Position numbers and translations under genes: made by a program. Below the pieces are notes generated by a model, which saw only the letters and a program-made list of their open reading frames with translations, made no database searches and was not told the DNA's origin. Positions 24,510-38,009 of a stretch of 64,000 bases of DNA are shown in pieces. Origin of the DNA: Isurus oxyrinchus. Its lineage: Eukaryota. The DNA lies in assembly GCA_026770705.1 (NCBI GenBank), contig JANJGN010000029.1:10230001-10294000 (forward strand), written 5' to 3'. Numbering within the stretch: the stretch's first letter is position 1; each line of letters begins with the position of its first letter.

Positions 24510-26800
24510 CTTGAGATGTGGGTGTAGTTGGCAAGGCCAGCATTTATTACCCACCCCTATCGCCCCTGAAGGTGGTGGTGAGCTGCTTTCTTGAACCTCT
24601 GCAGTCCATGTGGTGTAGGTACACCCACAGTGCTGTGACGGAAGGAGTTCCAGGATTTTGACCCAGCAACAGTGAAGGAACAGTGATGTATTTCCAAGTC
24701 AAGATGGTGTGTGGCTTGGAGGGGAACTTGTAGGTGGTGGTGTTCCCATGCATGTGCTGCCGTTGTCCATCTAGATGGTAGAGGTTGCGGCTTTAGAAGA
24801 TGCTGTCAAAAGGAGCCTTGGTGAGCTGCTGCAGTGCATCTTGTAGATGGTACACACTGCTGTCACTATGCACCAGTGGTAGAGGGAATGAATGTGGTGC
24901 TTATCAATGGGCTGCTTTTTCCTGGTTTTGAGGTTCTTGAGTGTTTTTGGGGCTGCACTCATCTAGGCAAATGGAGAGTATTCCATCACGCTCCTGACTT
25001 GTGTCTTGTAGATGATGGACAGGATTTGGGTAGACAGAAGGTGAGTTGCTCTGCAGAATTCCCAGCCCCTGACCTGCTCTTATAGCCACAGTATTTATAT
25101 GGCTGGTCTAATTCAGTTTTTGGTCAAAGGTCACCAGGATGTTGATAGTGGGGGATTCAGCAATGGTAATGCCAAAGAACGTCAAGGGGAAATGGTTGGA
25201 TTCTGTCTTATTGCAGATAGTCATTGCCTGGTTGTCTGAATTTTCCTTGCCACTATCAGTCCAAGTCTTGCTGTATATGGGAATGGACTGATTCAGTATC
25301 TACTATCTGAGGAGTCATGAATGGCACTGAACATTGTGCAATGATCAGTGAATATTCCCACTTCTGACCTTATGATGAAGGGAAGGTCATTGATGAAGCA
25401 GCTGAAGGCAGTTGTGTCTAGGACACTATCCTGAGAAACTGTTATGTGATACACTGAGGCTGAGATGATTGACCTGCAACAACCATCTTCCTTCATGCTA
25501 GATATCACTTCAACCAGTGGAGAGATTTTTCCCAGATTCATTGACTCCAGTTTTGTTAGGGCTCCCTGATGCTACCTTGGTCAAATGCTGCCTTGATGTC
25601 CAGTGCAGTCACTCTCACCTCACCTCGAGTTCAGTTCTGTTGTCCACGTTTGAAATAAGCCTATAAAGAGGCCTGGAGCTGAGAGTCTCTGGCTGAGCTG
25701 AAACTGAGCATTGGTGAGCAGGTTATCGCTAAGTAAGTGCTGCTTGGTAGCATTGTAAATAACACCACCTATCACTTTGCTGATGATTGAGAGTAGGTTA
25801 ATGGGGTAGTAATTAGCTGGATTGGATTTGCCCTGCTTCCTGTGGACAGGACATACCCAGGCAATTTTCCCCATTGCCGGGCAGATGACAGTGTTGTAGC
25901 TGTACTGGAACAGCTTGGGTAGGAGCACAGCTAGTTCTGGAGCACACATCCAATACTTCAGCCAGGATGCTGTCAGGGCCCATAGCCTTTACAGTATCCA
26001 GTGCCTTTAGCTGTTTCTTGATATCATATGGAGTGAAGTGGATTGGCTAAAAACTGGCATCTGTGATGTGGGGACCCAAGGAGGAGGCCAAGATGGATCA
26101 TCCACTCGGTAGTTTGTGTTGTAGGTGGTTGCAAACGCTTTCAGTCTTGTCTTTTACACTGTCGTATTGGGCTTCTCCATCATTGAGGGCAGGAATGTTT
26201 ATGGAGCCTTCTCTTCCAGTTAGTTGCTTTCAGTTGATCATGACTGTATGTGACAGGACTGTGGAACTTTGATCTCATCTGCTGAGTGTGGGATAACTTT
26301 GCTTTGTCTATCATATGCTGCTTCCACTGTGTAGCATGCATATAATCCTCTGTTATAGATTCAGCAGGCTGGACCTCATTTCTATGTATGTCTTGTGTTG
26401 CTCCTGCAAGCTATCCTGCACTCATTGAACTGGTGTTGAACCCCTGGCTTGATGGTAATGGTGAAGTAAGGGATGTGCCGGGTTATGAGATTACAGATTG
26501 TGCTTGAATACAATTCTGCTGCTGATGGCCCACAGCGCCTCGTGGATGCTCAGTTTTGAGCTGCTAATCTGTTTGGAATTTACCACATTAAGCATTGGTG
26601 GTAGTGCCACACAACATGATAAAGAGTACTCTCAGTGTGAAGACAGGCGTTTGTCTCCACAAGGACTGTGCATTGGCCACTCCTACCAGTACTGTCATAA
26701 ACAGGTACATCTTCTACACGTAGATTGGTGAGGATGAGATAGGTATTTACCTCTTGTTGATTCTCTCTCCGCTTCATGTAGGCCCATTCTGGCATGTCCT
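24510..26800 (-). mobile_element. Degenerate copy of the second LINE family
   Basis: Minus-strand fragments CAPELAVLLPKLFQYSYNT...NPANYYPINLLSIISKV and CFINDLP; same 3' tail. Confidence 0.85.
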
Positions 26801-26829
26801 GGTAGATTTTTCAAGACTTGGCCAGCTCA

Positions 26830-27182
26830 GTCACCAGAGCACAGCGGCAGCAATGTGCACCATTTGCAAGTTGCACTGCAGCAACTTGCCAAGGCTCCTT
26901 CAACAGCATCTTCCAAACCCATGACTTCTGTCTCCTGGACGAACAAGGGCAGAAGGTGCATGGGAACAGCACCACCTGCAAGTCCCCTCCAAGTCAGACA
27001 CCATCCTGGCTTGGAGATGTATCACTGCTAGATCAAAATCCTGTGGGGTGTACCTACACCACAAGGACTGCAGCAGTTCAAGCAGGTGGCTCATTACTAC
27101 CACCTCACGGGCAATTAGGGATGGACAATAAATGCTAGCCTAGCCAGTGGTCACCACATCCCATGAAAGAATTTTTAAAAAA
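26830..27182 (+). mobile_element. 3' fragment of the second LINE family
   Basis: Matches 40370-40748, including the tail. Confidence 0.8.
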
Positions 27183-29074
27183 TGCAGGGATCCACAGAGA
27201 CTCTAAGGAGACTTTTCTAAATATTTGCAAAAGGTGCAACAAAAACATCCAGGATTTAGTTTGTATTTGTCATTTTTGCACCAGGTGGGAGTGGTGAGAA
27301 TGTGGAACTTCTGACCACAGGGAGAAGTTGGTGGATGCATTTAAGGGGAAGCTAGACAAGTCCATGAGGGGAAAAAAGGGAAGAGGTTTAATTAAGCACC
27401 AGCGCAGAGGAATGGAGTGTTTCTGTGCTGTAAGTTCTATGTAATTCAGCAATGCTCAGTTTTCACCCAGGTTTCAATCTCCCCATTTTCTTGCAATGCT
27501 GCAGAACTAGTGCTCAATATCCACAATTTTTTTAAGCACCTTTTTTTTTAAACTTGTTATAATGTTTTCCTGCACCTACTGAAGATGTTGCTGCCTTTTG
27601 TCCCTGCAGGTTTTCTGTAGATTGTTTTCCTTCTATTTTGGGATAGCTTGTTTATCACGGATATGCCTTGCATGTGTATCTTGCTTAATTATTATCCATT
27701 GCTTAATGTTTCATTGTTGTTCTTCCACATGTAAAGACTTCACACCTTAGAAATTTTTGTTGGGTTTAATCAACAAAACCCTAGAATAATGTTCTTTGGG
27801 GGAGTTGACCATATATAAACCACCAGTTATATAATCCACCACTTCTCAGATTCTCAACTGATCTAGTCAAGGTAAATCGGGAAACATTTTTCCCACACAA
27901 GGGTGCTAGAAATAAGGAATTCCCTGTCCTAAAAGGCTGTAGGTGCTGGGAGTTAATTGGAGCAATTAAGATCAATAGGTTTTTGTTGGGTAAGAGCATC
28001 AAAGAGGTCAGTTTGCTCAATTGTCTAGATGGCTTGTGTGCGCTGCAGAATGACTTCAACAGCGTGGGTTCAATCCCCATTCAGACTGAGGTCGTTCAGG
28101 AAGCTCACCTCCTTGCCATGACCCATAGTTGTGGCATGAGCCATGAGCAACCCTTGCACAACAGGACACTATATGAAGAGAGGGAAGAATAAATAGGGAT
28201 ATTGAGCAAAGGCAGGTAAATGGATTGAGGTGTGGAGAAGCCAAGATCTAACTGAATGGTGGAGCAGGCTGAAGGTGCTGAATGATATTCTCCTGTTCTT
28301 ATGTTTACAGAGTTTACATGCTACTTATCATGTGCAGTGAGGGTTTTACAGCGATCAAAAGATTGGATTCGCACTGAAGATTGGCATCCAAGCACCTGCC
28401 CTTTGGGGATGGCTGGGGCTTGGGGTAGATGAAAGCAGGCCTGGCTGCATTCACCTACCTCCGATGTGGTCTGGGATAGATGAAGCTCAGAGCACCCATA
28501 TACGCCTCCTCAGTTTCAGAACAGTGCTGGTGGAATTTTGGGAACCAGTTGCCTCTCAGACTTTGTGCTTTGAGCGTGTGCAGCACGGGGAGCACACCGG
28601 GAAGTGGTAGGGCGCTTAGTGGGAGTCCCCTGGAGAGCAAGAATGGAACAGAATGTGGACAGATGTCATCAGTCAGAAGGATTAAGGGGACACAGTGCAG
28701 AATTTTAAAGCCAGGAGAGGGGAGATATCAATATCAGCCCATTTGATGTAACTCACACGGCTGCTAAAAATAGGACTGATGGAAGCAACACAAAGAAGTC
28801 TTGAAGAAAAACTTGGGAAACTCCTTTTCTAGTGATTTGAAACTAGAGGGAGAGGCACTGAATTATTTGAACAGAAACAAGCCGATAGATTGATAGATAA
28901 TGACTTACAGCATTGACTGGTGTGGAGGGCAATTGTGACTTTGTGTTGCGCTGTAATGTTCCTGAGTTATTCCAGAGAAGATCCTGTTATAATGTTTATA
29001 TCCAGACAGACTCCCATAAAACTGAAACCGCCTGCTGCTATGAAATCTCAAAACTAACTTCTGTCTCCTTACAG

Positions 29075-29226
29075 CCCAGTCATTCAAAAGATCCGTACCG
29101 AGTGTGCACATTCCTTCCTGGCTTTTGAGCAGTGTTTGAAGCAGAATCAGTCTTCTGTTTTGAACTGCACAGACCACGTCAATGAGTTCCTGGCCTGTGC
29201 GGAGAAAGTCAAAGTGCCAGCTTTAG
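29075..29226 (+). CDS. CHCHD5: CHCHD5 exon 3 (second CX9C-CX9C pair)
   Basis: ttacag|C CCA GTC...TTA G|gtaaag; PVIQKIRTECAHSFLAFEQCLKQNQSSVLNCTDHVNEFLACAEKVKVPAL; phase compatible with exon 2. Confidence 0.93.
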
Positions 29227-29799
29227 GTAAAGAATTCTGTGATTGAACGATTTTAAAATTCTACCAAAAGTTAATAAATAGAACAATGCAACCTATTATT
29301 ACACATATTTAACACACACAATTTTGCAAATTGTCATCGCATCAAATCTACTCCGTCTTCTTGCCTCCGAATCACTGGTACTGAAGAATGCTGCATTGTC
29401 GGAGGTGTCGCCTTTTGGATGAGATGTTAAACCCAGGCCCTGTTCTGCCTTCTCTGGTGGACTTGAGGGATTCCACTTCTAGTCAAAGAACATCAGGAGG
29501 ATTCCTCCATCCTGGCCACTATTTATCCCTCAACCATCCGTTACTCAAACAGATTACCTTTTCATCTTATTGCCATTTCTGGGCGCTTGCTGTGTGCAAA
29601 TGGGTTCCTGTGTTTGCTACAAGGCAAAGATAATATACTTCAAAAGAACTGCGTTGGCTGTAAAGTGCTTTGAGACATCCTGAGGCCATGGAGCCTTGTT
29701 TTGATGACCTGGAATAGACCCTGAAGTACTGTGTCTTACTGTTCCATGGTTCAGGGCACAGTGCTGTTTCATATTCAATACTATGTAAACTTACAGATA

Positions 29800-30720
29800 T
29801 GTATCTGCTGCCCTTGTTCTTCTAGATGGTATCGATCGTGAGTTTGGAAGGTGCTGCCTAAGGAGCCTTGGTGAATTCCTGCAGTGCATCTTGTAGATGG
29901 TACACACTGCTACTACTGTGCGTCGGTGGTGGAGGGAGTGAATGTTTATGGATCAGATGCCGATCAAGCGGGGCTGCTATGTCTCGGATGGTGTTGAGCT
30001 TCTTGAGTGTTGTTGGAGCAACACTCATCCAGGCAAGTGGAGAGTATTCCATCACACTCCTGCCTTGTGCCTTGTAGATGGTGGACAGGGTTTGGAGGGT
30101 CAGGAGGTGAGTTACTCACTGCAAGGTCCCCAGCCTCTGACCTGCTGTTGTAGCCACAGTATTTATATGGCTAGTCCAGTTCAGTTTCTGGTCAATGGTA
30201 ACCCCCAGGACTAGGGGATTCAGCGATGGTAATGCAGTTGAATGTCAAGGGGAGGTAGTTGGATTCTCTCTAGTCGGAGATGCTGATTGGCATTTGTGTA
30301 GCGTGAATGTTATTTGCCACTTATCAGCCCAAGCCTGAATGTTGTCAAAGTCTTGCTGCATATGGACATGGACTGTTTCAGTATCTGAGGGGTCGTGATT
30401 GGTACTGAATATCGTGTAGTCATCAGCGAACGCCCCCACTTCTGACCTTATGCTGGAGGGAAGGTCATTGACGAAGCAGCTGAAGATTGTTGGGCCGAGG
30501 ACACCACCCTGAGGAACTCCTGATGTGATGTCCTGGAACTGAGATGATTGACCTCCAACAACCACAACCAATTTGCTTTGTGCTAGGTATGACTCCAACC
30601 AAGTTTTCCCACAATTCCCATTGAGTCCAGTTTTGCTCAGGCTCATTGATGGCATGCTTGGTCAAATACTGCCTTGAGTCACTCTCGCCTCTCCTCTTGA
30701 GTTCAGCTCTTTTGTTCACA
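29800..30720 (-). mobile_element. RT fragment of the second LINE family
   Basis: WLESYL...SGVPQGGVLGPTIFSCFVNDLP...FADD. Confidence 0.85.
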
Positions 30721-31724
30721 TCCTGTAGAATCTGAGTGAAAGAGAGTGAGAAATTGTATCGGGGGTTTCTTCCAGTATGTTTTCTCCATTGTCTGCTATG
30801 TTACTTAGCCTTGGAATGTAAGAACAAGATGAATCCACTATTGGGTTTGGGTATATTGTGCAAATCATGTTCACATGTCTATACTCAGTGTAAGGAGTGG
30901 GAATCATAAATAAAAACAACCCCCAAAATCATACTGCGTACTATTCCATTCTCTGAACATCTCCTTTTATACTTCAGGAAGGTTTGACCCCTCCAGTACT
31001 TTGTCCAAATAGCCAGTGTTCACATGTGACCCCAGGCTGCAGGGAGCTTCACAGCTGAACCTCACCCAGTGTTCACATGTACCCTCCATCAGGGGTTACT
31101 GGGTGTCAATCGGGAGTGGCAACCTTAATAATTTTTTCTTCTTTATATCGCCTGTCCATTGCCCAGACATGAGGCCAATTCTAGGGCGTTTACTGCCATC
31201 CCATCTCAGATTACCCAATCAGCAAGATTCGGGGACGACTTGGTCTACATGAGTCAGGCTACTTACCAAATAAACTCGTTGTGTTATCACTAAGTGCCGT
31301 TGTATATCTGTTGCTTGTTCACCAATTGTGACATTGAAACCTTAAGATCACTGGGATGAAACCACTCTTGACTTCCATTATCCTAAGTGTAATTAGCACA
31401 AACAGAGGGGAACAATCGATTTCTCAATGCAAAGACGCAGCATGATAATTGACAAGCTTTGCTGTCTTTGCTGAGCCCCTCATCCTCACCACTGATGGGA
31501 AAATGGGCTGTAAGAATCAGGGTCTTCATATGAGCAGCTGTTTTCCAAACCGGAGGCAAGTGTGTTCCCCAGGAGTCAGCATTATGACCACTGCTCTTTT
31601 TGTTAAATGTTATTACCCTGGACTTGGATATACAGGCCATCGTTTCAAATTGTGCAGATAACAGAAAACTTGGAAATGTTGTAGACAGTCAGGAGGGTAG
31701 AAACATGGCAGATGAAATTTACTG

Positions 31725-32461
31725 CCGAGAATCCAACCACCTCCCCATGACATTCAGTGGCATTACTATCGCTGATGCCCCTACTATCAATATACTAATG
31801 TTTACCATTGGCCAGAAACGGAATTGGACTAGCTGTATAAATACTGTGGCTAGAAGACCAGGTCAGAGGCTGGGAATTCTGTGGCAAGTAACTCACCTCC
31901 TGACTCCCCAAAGCCTGTCCATCTGCAAGGCACAACTCAGGAGTGTGATGGAATACACTCCACTTGCCTGGATGAGGGCATCTCCAATAACACCCAAGAA
32001 GCTTGACACCATCCAGGACAAAGCAGCCTGCTTGATTGGCACCCCATTCACTACCTTAAACATTCACTCCCTCCACCACCGATGCACAGTGGCAACAGTG
32101 TGTACCATTTACAAGATGCACTGCAGAAAGTCACCAAGGTGCCATTGACAGCACCTTCCAAACCCGTGACCTCTACCACCGAGAAGGACAAGGGCAGCAG
32201 ATAGATGGATACTACCACCTGCAAGTTCCCCTCCGAGCCGCACACCATCCTGACTTGGAACTGTATCACTGTTCATTCGTTGTTGCTAGGTCAAAAGCCT
32301 GGAACTCCCTCCCTAACAGCACCGAGGGTGTACCTACACCACATGGGCTGCAGCGGTTCAAGAGGGCAGCTCACCACTAACTTCTCGACGGCAGTTAGGG
32401 TAGGGCAACAAATACTGGTCTAGCCAGTGACATCCACATCCCATGAAGGGGTAAAAAAAAA
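31725..32461 (+). mobile_element. 3' fragment of the second LINE family nested in an older CR1 remnant
   Basis: RSVMEY..LAW...KKLDTIQDKAACLI plus tail; CR1 RT remnant on both sides (31490-31720 and 32470-33230). Confidence 0.8.
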
Positions 32462-33669
32462 TGTCAGTGCATATTGATAGGAAGAATGAGGAGAGACAAT
32501 ATAAGCTAAATAGTACAGCTTTAAAGGAGGTGTAGGAACTGCGAGGCCTGGAGGGGGTATGTGCACAAGTCTTTGAAGATGGCAAGAAAAGTTTACAAAG
32601 CTGTTAACAAGGCACACAGTATTCTTGGCTTTATAAATAGAGTGATGGAGCATAAAATCAAATTATGTTGAACCTTTATAAAATCGTAGTTAGATCCGGA
32701 TGGAGTATTGCAGGCATTCTAGGCGCTGCACTTTAGAAAGGATGTTAAAGCTTTAGGAAGGATGCAGAGGAGATTTATTAGAAGAGACCAAGGATGAGAG
32801 ACTTCAGTGATGTGGAGAGAGTAATGAAACGGGTTATTCTCCTCATTAGCGGAGAAGGCTAAGGAGAGATATGGAAGAGGTGTTCGAAATCATGAAAGTT
32901 TTTGACAGGTTAAATAAGGAGAAACTGTTTCCAGTGGCAGGAGATCAGTAACCAGAGGATAGAGATTTAAGGCTTTTGGCAAAAAAGGAACCAGAGGCGA
33001 CATTAGGAAAGAAATTAACGCAGCAAGCTGTTGTGGTCTAGAATAAACTACCTGAAAGGATAATGGAAGCAGATTCAAAGAACAGCTTACGATGGGAATT
33101 GAAAAAGTACTTGAAACAGTAAATTGGCTGGGCTGTGGAGAAAGAACAGGAGAGTGGGGCACATTAGATGCCTCTTCCAAAGAGCCGGTACAGGCACGAT
33201 GGGTCAAATGACGACCTTCTGTGCTGAATCGTTCTGTTTTATGAGTTGTACCTTTGTCCTAGTGCTTTATGTAAACTCTTTAATACCAAGGGCAAAATTG
33301 GTGCTTGTGAATAATGGCTGTGGTTTAGATAGTAGAGTTATTTACCTCAAGTTATTATTGTGACGCCAAACACAGAGTCAGCCAGTTAGCTCTTGCAGCC
33401 TGGAGTGTTTTGCAGTAGTATAGACTGGTTTTCCAGCTGGGCATGAGATAATGTGGCTTTGTGCCAGTCATCAGTTACATAGTGAGTGACCCATTCAAGT
33501 GCCAGTGCAGGATGGGAGAGGCACCCCTGGGAGCTGGTTACCAGCTTGCCAAACGAGCCACACTAACTTGAGAAGCCCAGGAAAGAGAAAAGAAAAATTA
33601 CCTCAGAAGAATTGGAGGTTAACCCTACTGAAAGGGAAAAAACAAGTCCATTGATTAAAATTGAAAACA

Positions 33670-34137
33670 TGTAGTGGTATTGTCACTGGGCTGGTAATCC
33701 AGAGACCCAGGGTAATGCACTGAGGACCTGGGTTCGAATCCCACCACGGGAAATGATGGAATTTGAATTGAATAGAAATCTGGGATTAAAAGTTTAGCGA
33801 TGACCACGAGACGATTGTCGATTGTCATAAAAGCCCATCTGGTTCACTAATGTCCTTTAGGGAAGGAAATCTGCTGTCCTTACCTGGTCTGGTCTACACG
33901 TGACTCCAGACTCACAGCAATGTGGTTGACTCATAAATTTTTTTAAAAATTCATCCACGGGATGTGGGCTTCGCTGGCTGGGCCAGCATTTATTGCCCAT
34001 CCCTAATTGCCCTTGAGAAGGTGACGGTGATCAGTCTTCTTGACCCACTGTAGTCCAATGTGGAACAAGAGCAATTAGGGATGGGCAATAAATGCTGGCC
34101 TAGCCAGCGATGCCCACATCCCGTGAAAAAAAAAGAA
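33670..34137 (+). mobile_element. tRNA-derived SINE sharing its 3' tail with the second LINE family
   Basis: Head gtagtggta...gggttcgaatccc (A/B boxes); tail gggcaataaatgctggcctagccagcgatgcccacatcccgtg(A)n. Relatives at 11345-11710 (-), 46070-46440 (-) and 53395-53700 (+). Confidence 0.8.
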
Positions 34138-34399
34138 ATAATGCTAAAACGCACATACCATCCTGACTTGGAAATATACTGTCATTTCTTCAATGTTATG
34201 GGATAAAATCCTAGACCTCCCTTCCCAGCACACTGTGAGTGTATCTGCACCAGATGGATTGCAGCGGTTCAAGAACACTGCTCACCACCACCTTCTCGAG
34301 GGTGATAAGGGGTGGGCAACAAATGCTGGCCTTGCCAGTAGTGCCCATATCCTATGAAAGAATAAAAAAAATCTACAATGCATGGCGCTCTAGGGCGCT

Positions 34400-34960
34400 T
34401 CACACCACTTACAACATGAATTGCATCTATATTTACAGTACATTAAACATTTCCAGATACAAACAGCCAGGGAGATTTCACATTGGTTGCAGCCCCTCGG
34501 TACACTATGGCCAAAGAGCCTAGACTGGTCTTTCCCCGTTTAGCCTTTGTGGTGGCTGCCCCAAGCTTGGGTGTGCCCCTCAGCTCATCATCCTGGACCC
34601 TGGAATAGACAGCTCCTTGCACTGGAAGACCAATAAGTTTCGGGCAAACGAAAGAGCATTGACGCCCCTCCAGCAGCAGTTGGTGGTGTTCTTGGTGTGC
34701 GTCCCTGGAGACGGTCTGTAGAACCATTAGAGTTGCTGGAGATGAATCCCAACAAAAACCACAGCAATTCTTTCCAGGAATTCTTTGCACATGCGTATAT
34801 TAGGAGCGGGTGGATGGCAGCCTCTTCCTCACCACAGCAGCCTCAAGGGTGGCATGCAATGCTGCTGATACTCTGGGTGTGCGTGAAGGATCTGATGGAG
34901 AGAGTCCTTTTCACCGCCAGCTCTGCTTGTTGATGAGGCATTCTGTTTAGAGATGTGCCT
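34400..34960 (-). mobile_element. Degenerate L1/Tx1-like LINE C-terminal fragment
   Basis: Minus-strand frames give PGTHT..NCCWR and ARNLLVFQCKELS...RVQD, resembling vertebrate Tx1 ORF2 ends. Confidence 0.5.
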
Positions 34961-35943
34961 TACCAGGGACCTGAGTTTGATGGTGACACTAGGTTCCATT
35001 CCCCCATCACAAGCATATCCACCTGAGACGGCAGAAAGACCTTGGTTTAACATCCAAAATAAATCACCGCTGATAGTGCAGCACTCTCTTGGTACTGCAC
35101 CGGAGTGTCAGCCGAGATAAAATGCTGAAGTCTCTGGAGTGGGGTTTGAACCGACAACCTTCTGACAAAGGTTCACCTTGGTGAGCACACCATCCATTAA
35201 AAAAAAATCTTAAAAGTAGCTCATAAAACGTTAAATTATAGTACAGTTTTATGGGATTTCAAGATGCAACCAAATTCTGTTTGTAACAACATTGATAACT
35301 TGATTTTATGCATACACCAGATAATAGACCTTTCACAGTTGGTGATAACACAAGATTTATGAATTCCATGTAATTAAACTAGTTAGTTTGATTTAACCTG
35401 GTTGACAAAGAAACAAATATAACATGTTCTAATATAAGTTGTCAGCGGTGACTCAGTTGGTAGCTCTCTTGTCTCTGTCAGGAGGTTGTCGGTTCAAACC
35501 CCACTCCAGAGACTTCAGCATTTTATCTCGGCTGACACTGCGGTGCAGTACCAAGAGAGTGCTGCACTATCAGCGGTGATTTATTTTGAATGTTAAACCA
35601 AGGTCTTTCTGCCCTCTCAGGTGGATATGAAAGATCCCATTGCACTGTAAAAAAAAAATTCAGTGTCCTCTCCGATATTTATTCCTCCACCAGCAGCATT
35701 AAAACTAATTACCTGGCCATTATGATATTGCTGTTTGTGAGATCTTACTGTGTGCCATTTACTTCATTTTTGCTCACTACAGCAGGGACCACACTCCAAA
35801 AGTATTTTATTGGCCGTGAAGCACATTGGGACCTCTTGCAAGCTTGAAAGGCGCGATATAAATTCAAGCCTTTTATGTAAGTAAACTCAATCTGATGACT
35901 CTGCCCCTGACAATTCACTTATGCTGTCTGTTTCTGATCATAG

Positions 35944-35969
35944 GGGCGGCTGTACAGCAAAGCATGTGA
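35944..35969 (+). CDS. CHCHD5: CHCHD5 putative terminal exon 4 coding part
   Basis: Pyrimidine-rich tract plus catag| acceptor; phase-1 continuation gives GAAVQQSM-stop; followed by ~1 kb of non-repetitive UTR-like sequence and AATAAA signals. Confidence 0.6.
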
Positions 35970-36957
35970 GGGCGCAACAGGCTTGGGATCATCACCGCCA
36001 CAGATTCACTTGTAGGCAGCTGCCCTTATCAAGAACCTGCCGGAGATGGATGATGTGTAACCTGACCAGCTGTCAACATTGGAAACAGAAGCAAATGGCT
36101 GTAGAACAGCTTGTTTAAAATAATTACATTCGGAATGGTGAAGAGTTTAAGATGAAGCTTGTTCATAAAGGGAGCAGCTATATAGGCCTACAGCTTTAAG
36201 AAGTCGTTATAGCTGCTTAAAGAGGAACTTGTAAGAGGTATTGCCATGAAACTCCTAAATTTTCTCAGGGACAGTAGGGGGGGTGTGTGGGCAACCATGT
36301 ACTGTCTGGTGTCTTTGATCTCGCGTTTTATTCTCCAGAACAGATTGGAGTCGATATTTTACATAGAATCCCCTCTCTGGTTCCCTGTGACTGGGGATAT
36401 ATATCTGCGGACAGCACAGAACTTGTCACATTACTGAAGAGGACCAAGTTGTGATAGGAAATCTTTGGGTTATTGTAACGTGAAAGTCCTTGAAAGGAGA
36501 TGTTTGAGAGAGGACATCGTGGAAATAGGTTACAGTGAACAGCCAGACTCCAGACCATCATTCTTTTCTCCTCTGTCTGACCCTTTGTGACACTACGGCA
36601 ACACTTCTATTCCCTACCAGCTAGCTCCTGAAGAATCTCATTGATGCGTGTTATTCCTATTTAGGATTGCCTCCCTTTCGCTAAGAAATACATTCCCAGT
36701 GCTTTCAATGAAACCTGATTTGAATTTGGTAGAGGTGTTTTGTGTTTCACTCAACAAAGGACTGCTATATTTTTGAGAATCCTCAAATGGTAGCTGAATG
36801 TAAAAGCCTGAGTGGGAGATGTACGTGGTTTTGAAACTAATCCCTTGTCACTCGGGCAGTTTTTGGAGCCTGTACGTTATCACCATTTATTGAAGTTAGC
36901 TCAGACAGTTTGCAGTTCCCTCAGTGTTTGGTCTTTTTAAATGTGATTTTTTTTTTA

Positions 36958-37019
36958 AATAAAGAATTTGTATTTATTTATTTAAGTCTTGCACCTTTTC
37001 CACTTGGGGTAGCAATAAA
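36958..37019 (+). terminator. Candidate CHCHD5 polyadenylation signals flanking an AU-rich element
   Basis: AATAAA at 36958-36963 and 37014-37019; TATTTATTTATTTA at 36971-36984. Confidence 0.5.
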
Positions 37020-38009
37020 GGGGAAGGGTGCATGTTTCAGACATAACACCTGCTCTTGGAGGAGAAAGATAAAGTGATTTTGCATTCTCCCACCTAGCTA
37101 AGGCTGACTTCAATGTGATGGGGCAGAGACTGCCCACAGAAAGATGGGCAAATCTGTTAATGGGTAAAATGACCGAAGATCAGTGAGAGGCTTTCAAGGA
37201 TTGTGATACAGAACCAGTGTATAGCCCTAAGGGGCAAGAGCTCTACTTTTCAAAAAAAAAACAGCCATGGATGACTTCAGAGGTGAGGGACAAGATAAAG
37301 TGGAAAGGAAAAACAGGCAAAAATGAACACAGATTCTGGTGAATGGGTGAGACGTAAAGAACAGCAATGGGTGGCAAAACAGTAAGAGCTGTGAAACGGG
37401 AGCACAAAAAACTTGCCAAGGATCTCAAAATACAAAAAAATGTTGACAATTATTAGGGAATAGGATGGTCATTGAAAATAAGGAAATGATGGGTGTGTTC
37501 AGTAATTATTTTGCATTAGTATTTGTATCCCAAGGAAACTAATATTGAAGCAGGGACTCACCAAAATTAGCTTGAATAATATAACATTAATGAAGAAAAT
37601 AATGGTACTAAAGAGTGACAAATGTCCAGGAAAAATGGGTTTTTAAATTTTATATAAATAAATGTGACTTATATTTTACATTTTATATTTATATTTTATA
37701 TTTTTACACTATTTTATATAAACCTTAAAAAATTCGAGATGGCTTCTAGAATTCTAAAGGAGGATTTGTGGTTGGGGCCTCAACTATTCACTCTAATTGT
37801 TGGTGACTTAGATAATTGGATCCAAGTTTACTGAGGACGCAGAGGTAGGCAACTGTGTAAGCAGAATAGTTGAAGTAAAATTCCAGAGAGAAATTCATAG
37901 ATAAGTGATTGGGCAAAAGTGCAATAAATGGATTCCAGTGTAGGTAAATGTGAGGTCATCCACTTTGCTCTTAATAAAAGATCTATAACAATCGTGAAGA
38001 TCCAAAGAA

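Noticed and set aside
33670-33750. tRNA gene candidates (GGTTCGAATCCC B-box; also 28065, 35490, 53450)
   Set aside because: These are SINE heads continuing into SINE bodies, with no complete cloverleaf.
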